Source: a virus
Lineage: Duplodnaviria > Heunggongvirae > Uroviricota > Caudoviricetes
Direction: 5' to 3' (one strand)
DNA length: 45,219 bases
IMG/VR virus record: IMGVR_UViG_2740892444_000003
Span: 1-45,219 of that record
Shown here: positions 29,617-37,860 of the stretch, piece after piece
How positions within the stretch are numbered: the first letter of the stretch is position 1
Layout: each line of letters opens with the position of its first letter
Translations under genes and position numbers: made by a program
Notes under the pieces: model-generated
What the model saw: only the letters and a program-made list of their open reading frames with translations
What the model was told of the DNA's origin: nothing
Databases searched by the model: none

Positions 29617-29690
29617 GTGGCGGCCGGAATCGAACCGGCTTCCATCGGTGCGCTGCCGATTGCAGTACGCGCGGCGGTCAGCTACATGAC
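29617..29690 (-). pseudogene. Degenerate tRNA-like remnant downstream of PR'
   Basis: The minus strand has an intact T arm GCCGG-TTCGATT-CCGGC followed by CGCCACA-A. The 5' acceptor pairs at only 5 of 7 positions, the D arm is truncated and the anticodon loop is too short. Confidence 0.3.
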
Positions 29691-29818
29691 TAGTATTTCA
29701 CTGTCGCCTATCTGCTAGCTCGCCATTGAGCTTCACCACAACGATAAGAGCACTGCGCGGCACCTTTCACCAATTCCGCGAGGTCTGCGGGTTCAATGCT
29801 CTTACCTGTTGTGCAAAC

Positions 29819-29860
29819 AAAAAAAGCCACCGTTGCAACTTAAGAGTCACTAACGGCAGC
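29819..29860 (-). terminator. tR'-like terminator just downstream of the late promoter
   Basis: On the minus strand, GCTGCCGTT...AACGGTGGC (an imperfect stem) is followed by T7. Confidence 0.5.
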
Positions 29861-29870
29861 TTACCTTCTA

Positions 29871-29900
29871 ATTATGGCTAAATGGATAATTGCATGTCAA
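29871..29900 (-). promoter_or_regulatory. Late promoter PR' (Q-dependent), overlapping the 3' end of Q
   Basis: On the minus strand: TTGACA, an 18-nt spacer, then CATAAT. Confidence 0.55.
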
Positions 29901-30396
29901 GGCTTTTAACAGCAACATGCTTAACTTTCTCAACACGTTTACGCATTTTGAAAGCATTTTGCATTGGCTGGTACAAAACAAATAACGACGCTTTCAGGAT
30001 GTCGTCAATTTCGTTTCTACAGGTTGCCAGTGAAGGTTTTCTCCATCCCTCGCCACCACGTCCACACATCTTGCGTGGCTTTGCAGTCGCGTGATAGTAG
30101 GATGCAATTGCTCGCTTAGATGAACCATGAGCGTAGTAGCTGAGGAGGATGCCAAAGGCTTTCTTGTCAATGTACATGACGGAATCGACGACCTGAGAAA
30201 TCAACATTCCATCATCATCATTGCACATTGGCCTTGTCATAACTCTTCCCGGCTCTACGCTCTCCATGAACTTCGCTATTACGCTGCTCATGCGCTTTTC
30301 CAGACGACCTGAATAAACCCATGCGCCCCACAGTTCAAGCCAGCAATTCAGCCAATCGTGCTGTTCTTTGGTGAGGTTTAGCTCTCTTATGCTCAT
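29878..30396 (-). CDS. Late antiterminator Q (non-lambda, phage-82/QuuD-like family)
   Basis: The pattern LELWGAWVYSG...RPMCNDDDGMLISQVVD resembles QuuD ERWGAWA...RPQCCDDDAMII (from memory). It lies immediately upstream of the lysis genes. Confidence 0.7.
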   Translation of the reverse strand: MSIRELNLTKEQHDWLNCWLELWGAWVYSGRLEKRMSSVIAKFMESVEPGRVMTRPMCNDDDGMLISQVVDSVMYIDKKAFGILLSYYAHGSSKRAIASYYHATAKPRKMCGRGGEGWRKPSLATCRNEIDDILKASLFVLYQPMQNAFKMRKRVEKVKHVAVKSLDMQLSI

Positions 30397-30581
30397 CGTC
30401 TTCCCCTTTTGCCCTGTTTGACCATCAGGACGCCGTTAACTATTACGTGACGCTCGCCTTTTCTGTCTCGGTTGTACTTGAGCACTGTTCCTCTTGCGCA
30501 GGAAAGCATCCTCGCCACTTCGGTCTGATTGCCTCGCGTCTGGATAAGAAGCTCTGGTATCGTTTGAATTGTGGCATTCAT
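30393..30581 (-). CDS. ninH: NinH
   Basis: ...GNQTEVARMLSCARGTVLKYNRD...VIVNGVLMV closely resembles lambda NinH. Confidence 0.75.
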   Translation of the reverse strand: MNATIQTIPELLIQTRGNQTEVARMLSCARGTVLKYNRDRKGERHVIVNGVLMVKQGKRGRR

Positions 30582-30940
30582 ACGTTCTCCAGTTCGGTGA
30601 TTTTTATTCCAAGCCTTCCGCCTGGTACTTTCACGCCACGAATTACGCGAATGTCATCGAATTGCTCGTCGTCTTCCGCAAATCCGGCGTGGATAAGGGA
30701 GTCGAGTAAACCTTTCAGGATGTTGTCGAGGTCGCGGCGGCGGGAGTCTGGAACGTCTGCGATGACTTTGATGCGGAGTCGTGATTTGGTGAAAATGTCT
30801 AACTTAAGTTGGCGGATGATTTGCTGAACGTCTTTTCGGTATTTCTGGCCTTTATCGCTTATGTAATATTGGCTTCCCCGTCTTCGCCAGTAGGTGTTCA
30901 CCGACGGCGGGTATGGAAGCACAAACTGATATTCGTTCAT
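30578..30940 (-). CDS. rusA: Holliday junction resolvase RusA
   Basis: A 120-aa protein with the motifs PPSVNTYW and RRRDLDN typical of RusA. Confidence 0.9.
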   Translation of the reverse strand: MNEYQFVLPYPPSVNTYWRRRGSQYYISDKGQKYRKDVQQIIRQLKLDIFTKSRLRIKVIADVPDSRRRDLDNILKGLLDSLIHAGFAEDDEQFDDIRVIRGVKVPGGRLGIKITELENV

Positions 30941-31227
30941 GACTTAATCTTCCCCTCCTTCAGCAGTATCGCCTGCGTCCTGATTACGCCTTCGAGGTGG
31001 TAAAGTCTGGCGTCTTTGTTGTCGAGATTATGGGTGCGTCGGTCGATCTCCGCGTGGCAGTCACTACAAGCCCATGCGCCGATCAGGTCGTCAGGCTTCA
31101 TTCCCGTTCCGCAAATTCCAGCCATCCGGTAATGTGCCAGAACTGTAGTTTCAGGGTTGCCATTGCATACGCCGTAAATACGTACCTGGCATTCTCTGCC
31201 GCGCGCTTCTTTGCGTAGGTTAGCCAT
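30937..31227 (-). CDS. DUF1364 / YbcO-like putative nuclease
   Basis: A 96-aa protein; ...RGRECQVRIYGVCNGNPETTVLAH...CSDCHAEIDRR parallels DLP12 YbcO. Confidence 0.7.
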   Translation of the reverse strand: MANLRKEARGRECQVRIYGVCNGNPETTVLAHYRMAGICGTGMKPDDLIGAWACSDCHAEIDRRTHNLDNKDARLYHLEGVIRTQAILLKEGKIKS

Positions 31228-31949
31228 TAAGCAGCCTCCCCTGTTACTTTCAGCATTCCGTTATCGAGCAGCTTTCTGGTCAGCCACTGTTGACCACGCC
31301 CGGTGATTTTTGTGGTGAACGATATCTGTATTCCGTGATTTGTGTTGACCGCTGTTTCTTTCACTGTGAAATAGCCGCGATCCATATATTCCTGCATTGG
31401 CACATTTCGCCGGGAACCTGAAGCAATAAGGATTTTGTGATCGCGCATCCATGCAAACAGTTTGTTTTGACCAATACCGACAACCTTTGCAAAGTTTCCA
31501 ATCAAAATTCCGCTGGCCTCGCCAACGCGATCGGCAAACTCAACTTTAGGTGCGGCAATTGCGAGCTGGTTTTCCAGTTGCATTTTCTGCTCAGCAAGAT
31601 CAGCAGCAAGGCGCAACGCTTCTGGTAGCGTTTTGGGGATATTAACCGCAGCTTCTTCAAGCTCTCGCCAACGGTCAACAAGACGAGCGGTGAATTCCGG
31701 CGACAACTGAGCGACGACAATAATGCTGTCTCGCTTACCTTGTTCGCCCTCAAAAACGTAAGCCTCTACGCCACGAAGTAATCCTAAGTTATTGATTTTT
31801 TCGAAAACCACCATTGGGGGATTTCGGATCACACCTCGAGCCGCCAGTCGTTCAATAGATTGTTTCACCTTGTCATGACGACTTCCCACCAACTCAGCGA
31901 TTTCAATGCTTGTCATTTTGATGGCATTGCCATTTATTAACTCATTCAT
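31227..31949 (-). CDS. Rha-family / antirepressor-type regulatory protein
   Basis: A 240-aa protein with an N-terminal Rha-like HTH (MTSIEIAELVGSRHDKVKQSIERL) and a C-terminal KilAC/ANT-like region. Confidence 0.65.
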   Translation of the reverse strand: MNELINGNAIKMTSIEIAELVGSRHDKVKQSIERLAARGVIRNPPMVVFEKINNLGLLRGVEAYVFEGEQGKRDSIIVVAQLSPEFTARLVDRWRELEEAAVNIPKTLPEALRLAADLAEQKMQLENQLAIAAPKVEFADRVGEASGILIGNFAKVVGIGQNKLFAWMRDHKILIASGSRRNVPMQEYMDRGYFTVKETAVNTNHGIQISFTTKITGRGQQWLTRKLLDNGMLKVTGEAA

Positions 31950-32118
31950 CGTCTTCTTCCTCGTACATTGAGCTATTCGGATCGCTCATCAGTTCTGCGC
32001 AGCAATCTGAGCACACGTGAACTTCCAGCACATGCAGCTTCTGACCGCATTTAGCGCACGTTAAAGCTCGCTCGACGCTTTCTTTCTGGTATTGAAGGGA
32101 TTGGGATGGGCTAAGCAT
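31942..32118 (-). CDS. ninF: NinF
   Basis: A hand-translated 58-aa ORF below the track cutoff: MLSPSQSLQYQKESVERALTCAKCGQKLHVLEVHVCSDCCAELMSDPNSSMYEEEDDE. It closely resembles lambda NinF. Confidence 0.7.
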   Translation of the reverse strand: MLSPSQSLQYQKESVERALTCAKCGQKLHVLEVHVCSDCCAELMSDPNSSMYEEEDDE

Positions 32119-32494
32119 TATTGGCGTCCTGCATCATGAGAAAGACAATCATGGCGGCACGGAGTGGATTGTCATATGCGACACCAACATTCGGTCCGGC
32201 ATCATCAAACAAGTCCCTTGCGTTGTCTGTAGCGCACGGCATTGAGGGATTGTCTAAAATTATGCTGATGTTGTTTTCAGTGATAATCGGCCATGCGTCT
32301 GCTGGGTTTGCGCATGGGTTAAAGGATCCGCGCTCAACCTCTACTTCAACTGCGTCTCCGTTTACAATGTCTCCCTCAAATGAGATAAACACCATCGCGC
32401 CATTCTCACCTTCTTTGTAATCCGGTGATCCGTTATGAATGGCTTCGAATACCGCCACGTTAATTTCAAAATCACTTAACTGTGAATAATCCAT
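32111..32494 (-). CDS. NinX-like protein (DUF2591-like)
   Basis: From the MDYSQLSDFEINVAV start; located in the nin region. Confidence 0.55.
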   Translation of the reverse strand: MDYSQLSDFEINVAVFEAIHNGSPDYKEGENGAMVFISFEGDIVNGDAVEVEVERGSFNPCANPADAWPIITENNISIILDNPSMPCATDNARDLFDDAGPNVGVAYDNPLRAAMIVFLMMQDANNA

Positions 32495-32496
32495 TG

Positions 32497-32673
32497 TCAC
32501 TTCCTCGCACGATGTCTTAGCCACCGGATATCCCACAGGTGAGCCGTGTAATTGAAGGTTTTTACGTCAGATTCTTTTGGGATTGGCTTGCGTTTATTTC
32601 TGGAGCGTTTCGTTGGAAGGTATTTGCAGTTTTCGCAGATGATGTCAGTGATGCTTCGTCGCTGTCGTCTCAT
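32497..32673 (-). CDS. ninE: NinE
   Basis: [58 protein letters not shown] is near-identical to lambda NinE as I recall it. Confidence 0.75.
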   Translation of the reverse strand: MRRQRRSITDIICENCKYLPTKRSRNKRKPIPKESDVKTFNYTAHLWDIRWLRHRARK

Positions 32674-33197
32674 GCAGCCCTCCTGACGCCCTGCCCGATC
32701 GCCATCAATGCCGCTTTGGATACGGTAGTAAACATCCGTCGAGGACTGATGAACGGTCGCCAAATCAGCAGCATGGAGCCTTTGCTGTTTCCCTTCTTCT
32801 CCAGCCCTGTCGATGGTTCGATAAAATTAATCCGTCCATCAGTGATGATGCGAACTTCGTCAACACTCTCCAGAGCCTTGCTGAACCATCCGACTGACAT
32901 ATCCTCTGGCACAAGCATAACTACCGTCTGTCGCTGTTGTATGCACTGCTCAGCGGCTTTTTCCACCCACGGCCTGATATTGCTGTACGGTGGGTTATTC
33001 CAGATTGCACCGTGGCTTATCCACTCAGAATTTAGCGCGTCGTCGGCCTCAGTTAACCAGTGAGCGCACAGAGCATTTTTGTCGCTCGCTGCCGAATCCA
33101 GCCAGAATCCAAACTCAATATCCAGTGCATCAAAAAGCCAAAGCGGCGTTTGCCAGCAGTCCTTGTCGTGTGCTGGCGTATTTGATTTGATAGTCAT
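32670..33197 (-). CDS. Phage orphan N6-adenine DNA methyltransferase (Dam-type)
   Basis: It carries the NPPY catalytic motif (WNNPPYSN), and its start MTIKSNTPA overlaps the ninB stop. Confidence 0.8.
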   Translation of the reverse strand: MTIKSNTPAHDKDCWQTPLWLFDALDIEFGFWLDSAASDKNALCAHWLTEADDALNSEWISHGAIWNNPPYSNIRPWVEKAAEQCIQQRQTVVMLVPEDMSVGWFSKALESVDEVRIITDGRINFIEPSTGLEKKGNSKGSMLLIWRPFISPRRMFTTVSKAALMAIGQGVRRAA

Positions 33198-33634
33198 GCA
33201 GCCCGATCTCCCCATCTCGCTTTCCATTCCAGAGCCAGTCGCGCTTCGTCTGACCACTTAACGCCACGCTCTGTACCGAATGCCTGTATAAGCTCTAATA
33301 GCTCCGCAAATTCGCCTACACGCATCCTGCTGGTTGACTGGCCTATTACCACAAAGCCATTCCCGGCAAGGTTAGGAACAACATCCTGCTGCTTTAATGC
33401 TGCGGTAAACACACACTTCCAGCTTTCTGCATCCAGCCAGCGACCATGCCATTCAACCTGACGAGAGACGTCACCAAGGCAAGCCCAAAGCTTTCGATTC
33501 TGGTCTAAGCTGCGGTTGCGTTCCTGAATGGTTACTACGATTGGTTTGGTTGGGTCTGGAAGAATTTGCTGTACCGCGTGAATAGCGTTTTGCTGATGTG
33601 CCGGAGATCGAATTTCAAAGGTTAGTTTTTTCAT
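33194..33634 (-). CDS. ninB: NinB (Orf-family recombination mediator)
   Basis: MKKLTFEIRSPAHQQNAIHAV...SLDQNRKLWACLGDVS closely resembles lambda NinB. Confidence 0.8.
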   Translation of the reverse strand: MKKLTFEIRSPAHQQNAIHAVQQILPDPTKPIVVTIQERNRSLDQNRKLWACLGDVSRQVEWHGRWLDAESWKCVFTAALKQQDVVPNLAGNGFVVIGQSTSRMRVGEFAELLELIQAFGTERGVKWSDEARLALEWKARWGDRAA

Positions 33635-33650
33635 GACTTCCCTCTCCCCC

Positions 33651-33682
33651 AAATAAAAAGGCCTGCGATTACCAGCAGGCCT
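33651..33682 (-). terminator. tR2-like terminator between the helicase and nin genes
   Basis: On the minus strand, AGGCCTGC-N8-GCAGGCCT is followed by TTTTTATTT. Confidence 0.6.
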
Positions 33683-33710
33683 GTTATTAGCTCAGTGATG
33701 TAGATGGTCA

Positions 33711-35147
33711 TCAGAATCCTCCTTTCTTCTTGGACTGCGGCTCCTCGCGTTCACGGCGGCGCATTTCAGCAGACTGTTGGTCTGTGTCATAAATAGCGCC
33801 ATTTGCCTGAATGCAATACACCGTGCCGGTATTGCCATGACGATTGAGACGAAGGATTAGTTCAGTTTCACCAGGTGGAACACTGTCATCAAAAGCGCCT
33901 TCACGATGGATCCCGACCCAATAATCGCAATCCTGTTCAATCTGCCCTGTATCCCGTGAGTCACTTGGTAATGGGCGTTTATTGGTTCGGCTTTCCAGTG
34001 CGCGGTTAAGCTGCGTCAGAAGCACAACAACGCAATCAAGCTCTTTGGCAAGGTTCTTCAGTCCTTTGGTGATCATGCCGTAGGCAAGGTCGTTGCGATC
34101 GGCCTTCTCAGCGGTCATTAGTGTCAGGTAATCGACCAGAATCATGCCAACGCATCCTTTTTCTCGCTTGATTCGACGGCTTTCGCTGACGATTTGAGCC
34201 AGAGATAATCCCGGCGTGTCGTCGATGTAAAGCAGGTCGATTTCACTCAAACGATTAGCTGTTTCGATCGCCCTGTTGAAGTCACCATCGTAATCACCCT
34301 GATAGCCGTCATCAGCGTCATTTGTCGCCGGAAGGTAAAAAATATTCGGGTTAACACCTGACTTCTGTCCCACCAGTTTTTCCAGTATCTGGTCACCTGG
34401 CATTTCAAGGCTGAACATCAGAGCGGGCTTTTTCTCATGCACTGCGCAGTTGATTGCCATCTGGCTGTATAGCGTCGTTTTCCCCATCTTAGGGCGAGCG
34501 CCAATGACAAACAGAGAGCCTTTCACCAGACCTTTCGGTGACAGCATCCTGTCCAGCGATGGGATCCCCGTGCTCATTCCTCGTTGTTCGCCTGACGGGT
34601 CAAATCGCTTCTCAAGGTCGCTAACCCAGTCTTCCATGACCTCACCAAATGAGCGAAGGCCGCGACGCGATCCGGTTTTTGCATGGTCTGTCAGTTGCGT
34701 GAAAATCGCCTGAATAGCTTCGTACTTCTGCGTTGCAGTCATTCCGTTGCGGGAATAGAGCAATTCCGTCGCTTCAGTCATGCGGTTTATGGCGTAGCGT
34801 TCCATTGCGGTTTCACGAACCTGCATTGCATAGGCAACGATGTTTGCTGCGCTTGGCGTGTTTTTTGCGATCTCAGCGATATAAGCAAAACCGCCAACAG
34901 ACGCCGTTAACGATTTACGCTCCAGTTCATCGAAAAGCGTCAGGCCATCTACTGGCTTTTGCTCCCGGTGCATTCTGGTTATTTCTTCGAAAAGGATTTT
35001 GTGTGGTCGGCCGTAAAATGAATCAGGCTTCAGCATCGCCAGAACTTTCTGGACGCGCTCACTGCTGTCATCATCCAGAAGCAATCCACCAATCACCGCC
35101 TGCTCTGCCTCGATGCTATGGGGCGGCGCATAAAAATTATCGGTCAT
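33711..35147 (-). CDS. Replicative DnaB-type helicase (P22 gp12-like)
   Basis: It begins PPHSIEAEQAVIGGLLLD, has a Walker A motif GARPKMGKT, and a RecA-like C-terminal domain. Confidence 0.9.
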   Translation of the reverse strand: MTDNFYAPPHSIEAEQAVIGGLLLDDDSSERVQKVLAMLKPDSFYGRPHKILFEEITRMHREQKPVDGLTLFDELERKSLTASVGGFAYIAEIAKNTPSAANIVAYAMQVRETAMERYAINRMTEATELLYSRNGMTATQKYEAIQAIFTQLTDHAKTGSRRGLRSFGEVMEDWVSDLEKRFDPSGEQRGMSTGIPSLDRMLSPKGLVKGSLFVIGARPKMGKTTLYSQMAINCAVHEKKPALMFSLEMPGDQILEKLVGQKSGVNPNIFYLPATNDADDGYQGDYDGDFNRAIETANRLSEIDLLYIDDTPGLSLAQIVSESRRIKREKGCVGMILVDYLTLMTAEKADRNDLAYGMITKGLKNLAKELDCVVVLLTQLNRALESRTNKRPLPSDSRDTGQIEQDCDYWVGIHREGAFDDSVPPGETELILRLNRHGNTGTVYCIQANGAIYDTDQQSAEMRRREREEPQSKKKGGF

Positions 35148-36036
35148 CGTGTTCACCCTCACGAACTTTCAGGTAGGTATTGTCGTTAAGCAGGAAATCA
35201 AATCCCTTTTTGTGCCAGACGGTTCCGCGTTGATGGTTTGGACGCTCTTCGAACATCCATCGGCAATTTTCGCCTACGTAGCTCAAATAATTTCTCCAGT
35301 CCTGCATCGTGAACCCATGCCCGTCAAGCTGGCGGGTTATCACTCCGGCTTTGCGCCAGAACGTTCGGATCTGGTTTTTACGCTTGTCATTCAGTGCGCG
35401 GATTCTTGGCGCTTCAGGAAGGATTTCGTGGTAAGCATCAACAACATCCTGACAGCTAACGGAAGGTTTTTTCTTGTCAGACTTTTTGTCTGCTGCGGTA
35501 CTCTCTAATACGTCAGTATTAGAGATAATATTATTATATTCTTTATCTGTGGTAATTTGCTGGTAATCTGCTGGTACAGTATTGCTTGCAGGCATTGGTA
35601 TTGCTGGCTTTGAGGTGGTAATTTGCTGGTAATCTGCTGGTACAAAATTTGACTGATAATCGTCATATTTCTCTACCGAGAAAACTGAGAATTTACCGTG
35701 TGAAACCCAGTCAATCATGCCGAGTTTTTTGAACTTTCTAAGCAGGTACTGAACGCGATCTGGTTTGAGTCCTGTTTCAAACGCCAGAGAGTTTCTACCG
35801 CCAAGTAGCTTCCCTCTGCCTACCAGAATTTCTCCTGCGTCAGTCATTACATACTCAGGCGTATGCTTTGCTTTGAGGATTAAGTGAACCCACAGATGCG
35901 CAGCTTCTGCGTCCTTGTAAAACGGCACATCCATAATTTTACGGTGCAGCAAGGCATACCCCTTACCGCTGCTTTGATGCGGTTGTTGTAGCCTTCTGGC
36001 CTCTCTGGCTTCGGCTAGATTAGATATGTTACTCAT
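35137..36036 (-). CDS. Replication initiator (lambda O-like), containing the origin
   Basis: It is the gene before the helicase, with an N-terminal winged-helix-like region and an internal duplicated peptide [10 protein letters not shown] encoded by iterons. Confidence 0.7.
   Translation of the reverse strand: MSNISNLAEAREARRLQQPHQSSGKGYALLHRKIMDVPFYKDAEAAHLWVHLILKAKHTPEYVMTDAGEILVGRGKLLGGRNSLAFETGLKPDRVQYLLRKFKKLGMIDWVSHGKFSVFSVEKYDDYQSNFVPADYQQITTSKPAIPMPASNTVPADYQQITTDKEYNNIISNTDVLESTAADKKSDKKKPSVSCQDVVDAYHEILPEAPRIRALNDKRKNQIRTFWRKAGVITRQLDGHGFTMQDWRNYLSYVGENCRWMFEERPNHQRGTVWHKKGFDFLLNDNTYLKVREGEHDDR
35549..35644. repeat. Origin iterons inside the initiator gene
   Basis: An exact 30-bp repeat GTGGTAATTTGCTGGTAATCTGCTGGTACA occurs at 35549-35578 and 35615-35644. 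Each copy contains TGGTAAT(T/C)TGC sub-repeats, and an AT-rich tract lies at 35521-35547. Confidence 0.65.
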
Positions 36037-36175
36037 GACCTTTCTCCTTCTGCATCAGCTTCACTTTTTCCAACTCAGCCCGGAATCGACCAGGCTGCTT
36101 GAAGCTGGACAGGAAGCGATCACGTAGTATGTGTTTGTGAATTTTGTCCTGGTAAGGACTGAGTTGTTTTGTCAT
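36029..36175 (-). CDS. Hypothetical 48-aa protein between cII and the initiator
   Basis: Hand-translated: [48 protein letters not shown]. It has an AGGAG RBS and its 3' end overlaps the initiator start. Confidence 0.35.
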   Translation of the reverse strand: MTKQLSPYQDKIHKHILRDRFLSSFKQPGRFRAELEKVKLMQKEKGHE

Positions 36176-36207
36176 AATGACTCCTGTGGATTGATCCAGT
36201 AATTCCC

Positions 36208-36504
36208 TCAGAATTGCATATCAATTTGCTTAAAATCCTCGGTGGCGGCCGGGGATTTTTTCTTTGTGATTTCATCAAGCGCATACTTAAAAGCCCTGCT
36301 AATCGGACTGATGTCTGATGCCATTCCGAAAGCACACAAGACCGAAGCAATAAATCTCCAGTCCGTTCTGCTTATCTTCGATTCATGACAGCCAATCATC
36401 TTTGCCAGACCGCGCTGGGTAATAGCTGACAGATTGATAAGTAAATCTGTTTCTGCGCGATCAACGTCACGCTGTGATAGTTTGCTGTAACTTGTTCTTT
36501 CCAT
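36208..36504 (-). CDS. cII: CII-type transcriptional activator
   Basis: It has an HTH plus a C-terminus [18 protein letters not shown], comparable to lambda CII KKRPAATERSEQIQMEF. Confidence 0.8.
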   Translation of the reverse strand: MERTSYSKLSQRDVDRAETDLLINLSAITQRGLAKMIGCHESKISRTDWRFIASVLCAFGMASDISPISRAFKYALDEITKKKSPAATEDFKQIDMQF

Positions 36505-36589
36505 TTCTTAAGATTTCCAATAGTGAATAGTTAGTTGAAAGGTATGCGTGGAAACGCATATGGCCTTAGTTGGTCAGATATCTTGGGGC

Positions 36590-36635
36590 TCGCTTTTCAG
36601 CGACGTAGGACGAATGTCCATTGTTACAAAGAGCG
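36590..36635 (-). promoter_or_regulatory. nutR-like site (boxA CGCTCTTTG, boxB TCGC-TGAAAA-GCGA)
   Basis: Read on the minus strand between cro and cII. The boxB loop is the same as in the nutL candidate. Confidence 0.45.
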
Positions 36636-36642
36636 GGGTTAC

Positions 36643-36876
36643 TTATGCTGCTGATGCTCTACGCGATACGAACACCAGATTTTCCTTTTTCACAGGTTTA
36701 TAACCCGTGAAATTACGAGTGGCTTCTTCGATTGCATTCGCTTTATCTGGGGAAGCTCTTCGAAACCCATATGCAATCTGATCAAGATAGCCAACTGAAG
36801 TATTCGCTAATGCGGCGAGTCGCTTCCATTCCTCACTAGAAGCCTCTTTTCGCCAGCGTAGTAGTTCATTACTCAT
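36643..36876 (-). CDS. cro: Cro-type repressor
   Basis: A 77-aa protein with a GGAGG RBS, divergent from cI. Confidence 0.7.
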   Translation of the reverse strand: MSNELLRWRKEASSEEWKRLAALANTSVGYLDQIAYGFRRASPDKANAIEEATRNFTGYKPVKKENLVFVSRRASAA

Positions 36877-36903
36877 TAGTGCCTCCGTTTATCACACAGA
36901 GCA

Positions 36904-36932
36904 ACTTTACCATTTTGATAAATAAACTGCAA
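36904..36932 (-). promoter_or_regulatory. PR promoter with overlapping operator
   Basis: On the minus strand: TTGCAG, a 17-nt spacer, then TAAAGT. The 17-bp operator TTTATCAAAATGGTAAA (36906-36922) overlaps the spacer and the -10 element. A further operator-like site, TTTATCCATTTGCTAAA, lies at 36955-36971. Confidence 0.5.
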
Positions 36933-36989
36933 TGGAGATTTATCAAAATGCGTATTTATCCATTTGCTAAATAGAGGGAGAATCGTGGG

Positions 36990-37694
36990 ATGGAAAACAA
37001 AGATATTCGCAAATCGAATCTGGCGTTTTTGCTAGATGAGCATAAAAAAATCGCTGGTAACACTAATGCAAGCTTTGCCGATAAGCTTGGAGTTAGCCCT
37101 TCTCAACTCACGCAAGTCTCCGGTGAAAAAAGCACTCGAAACATAGGGGATAAACTAGCAAGAAAATTCGAAGCCGCACTTGGGTTACCTAATGGGTGGC
37201 TTGATTTGGTACATGATGTAACACCAATTGCATCATGCTCAGATTCTTTAACTTTTGTCGGTCAGGTAAGAAAAGGGTTAGTGCGCGTGGTTGGTGAGGC
37301 AATTCTTGGTGTTGATGGTGCCATCGAGATGACCGAAGAGCGCGATGGGTGGCTCAAGATTTATAGCGATGATCCAGATGCCTTTGGTCTTCGTGTGAAA
37401 GGAGACAGCATGTGGCCTAGAATAAAATCAGGAGAATATGTACTCATTGAGCCTAACACCAAAGTATTCCCGGGTGATGAGGTGTTTGTCAGAACCGTTG
37501 AAGGACACAACATGATCAAAGTTCTTGGCTATGACAGAGACGGAGAATACCAGTTTACAAGCATCAACCAGGACCATAGGCCAATAACGTTGCCTTATCA
37601 TCAAGTAGCAAAGGTGGAGTATGTGGCTGGTATTCTGAAGCAATCTCGCCATCTGGATGACATCGAGGCAAGGGAGTGGCTGAAAAGTTCGTGA
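36990..37694 (+). CDS. cI: CI-type repressor with a LexA-like S24 autopeptidase domain
   Basis: It has an N-terminal HTH (FADKLGVSPSQLTQV) and a C-terminal GDSMWPRIKSGEYVLIEP...KVLG motif set. Confidence 0.9.
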   Translation: MENKDIRKSNLAFLLDEHKKIAGNTNASFADKLGVSPSQLTQVSGEKSTRNIGDKLARKFEAALGLPNGWLDLVHDVTPIASCSDSLTFVGQVRKGLVRVVGEAILGVDGAIEMTEERDGWLKIYSDDPDAFGLRVKGDSMWPRIKSGEYVLIEPNTKVFPGDEVFVRTVEGHNMIKVLGYDRDGEYQFTSINQDHRPITLPYHQVAKVEYVAGILKQSRHLDDIEAREWLKSS

Positions 37695-37860
37695 CTTCAT
37701 CGTCACATAGCTGATAGCCAGTGGCCTGAAGAGACGTTTGGGTAATTCCAATTGTTATTTATGAACAGTCAATTCCGCCAGATTGGTGATGATGACAAGC
37801 CGCTATGGCTTAGCTTCAACATGAATACATTCATCGTAACCACAGCAGGGAGTTTAACGA

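Noticed and set aside
29617-29690. The possibility of a functional phage tRNA downstream of Q.
   Set aside because: Only the T arm and part of the acceptor stem fold. The D arm and anticodon loop cannot be built, and no CCA or consistent 5' acceptor is present. It is kept only as a probable relic.
32539-33063. A 174-aa plus-strand ORF across the ninE/methyltransferase region.
   Set aside because: It is antisense to two recognisable nin-region genes (the NPPY methyltransferase and NinE) and has no RBS.
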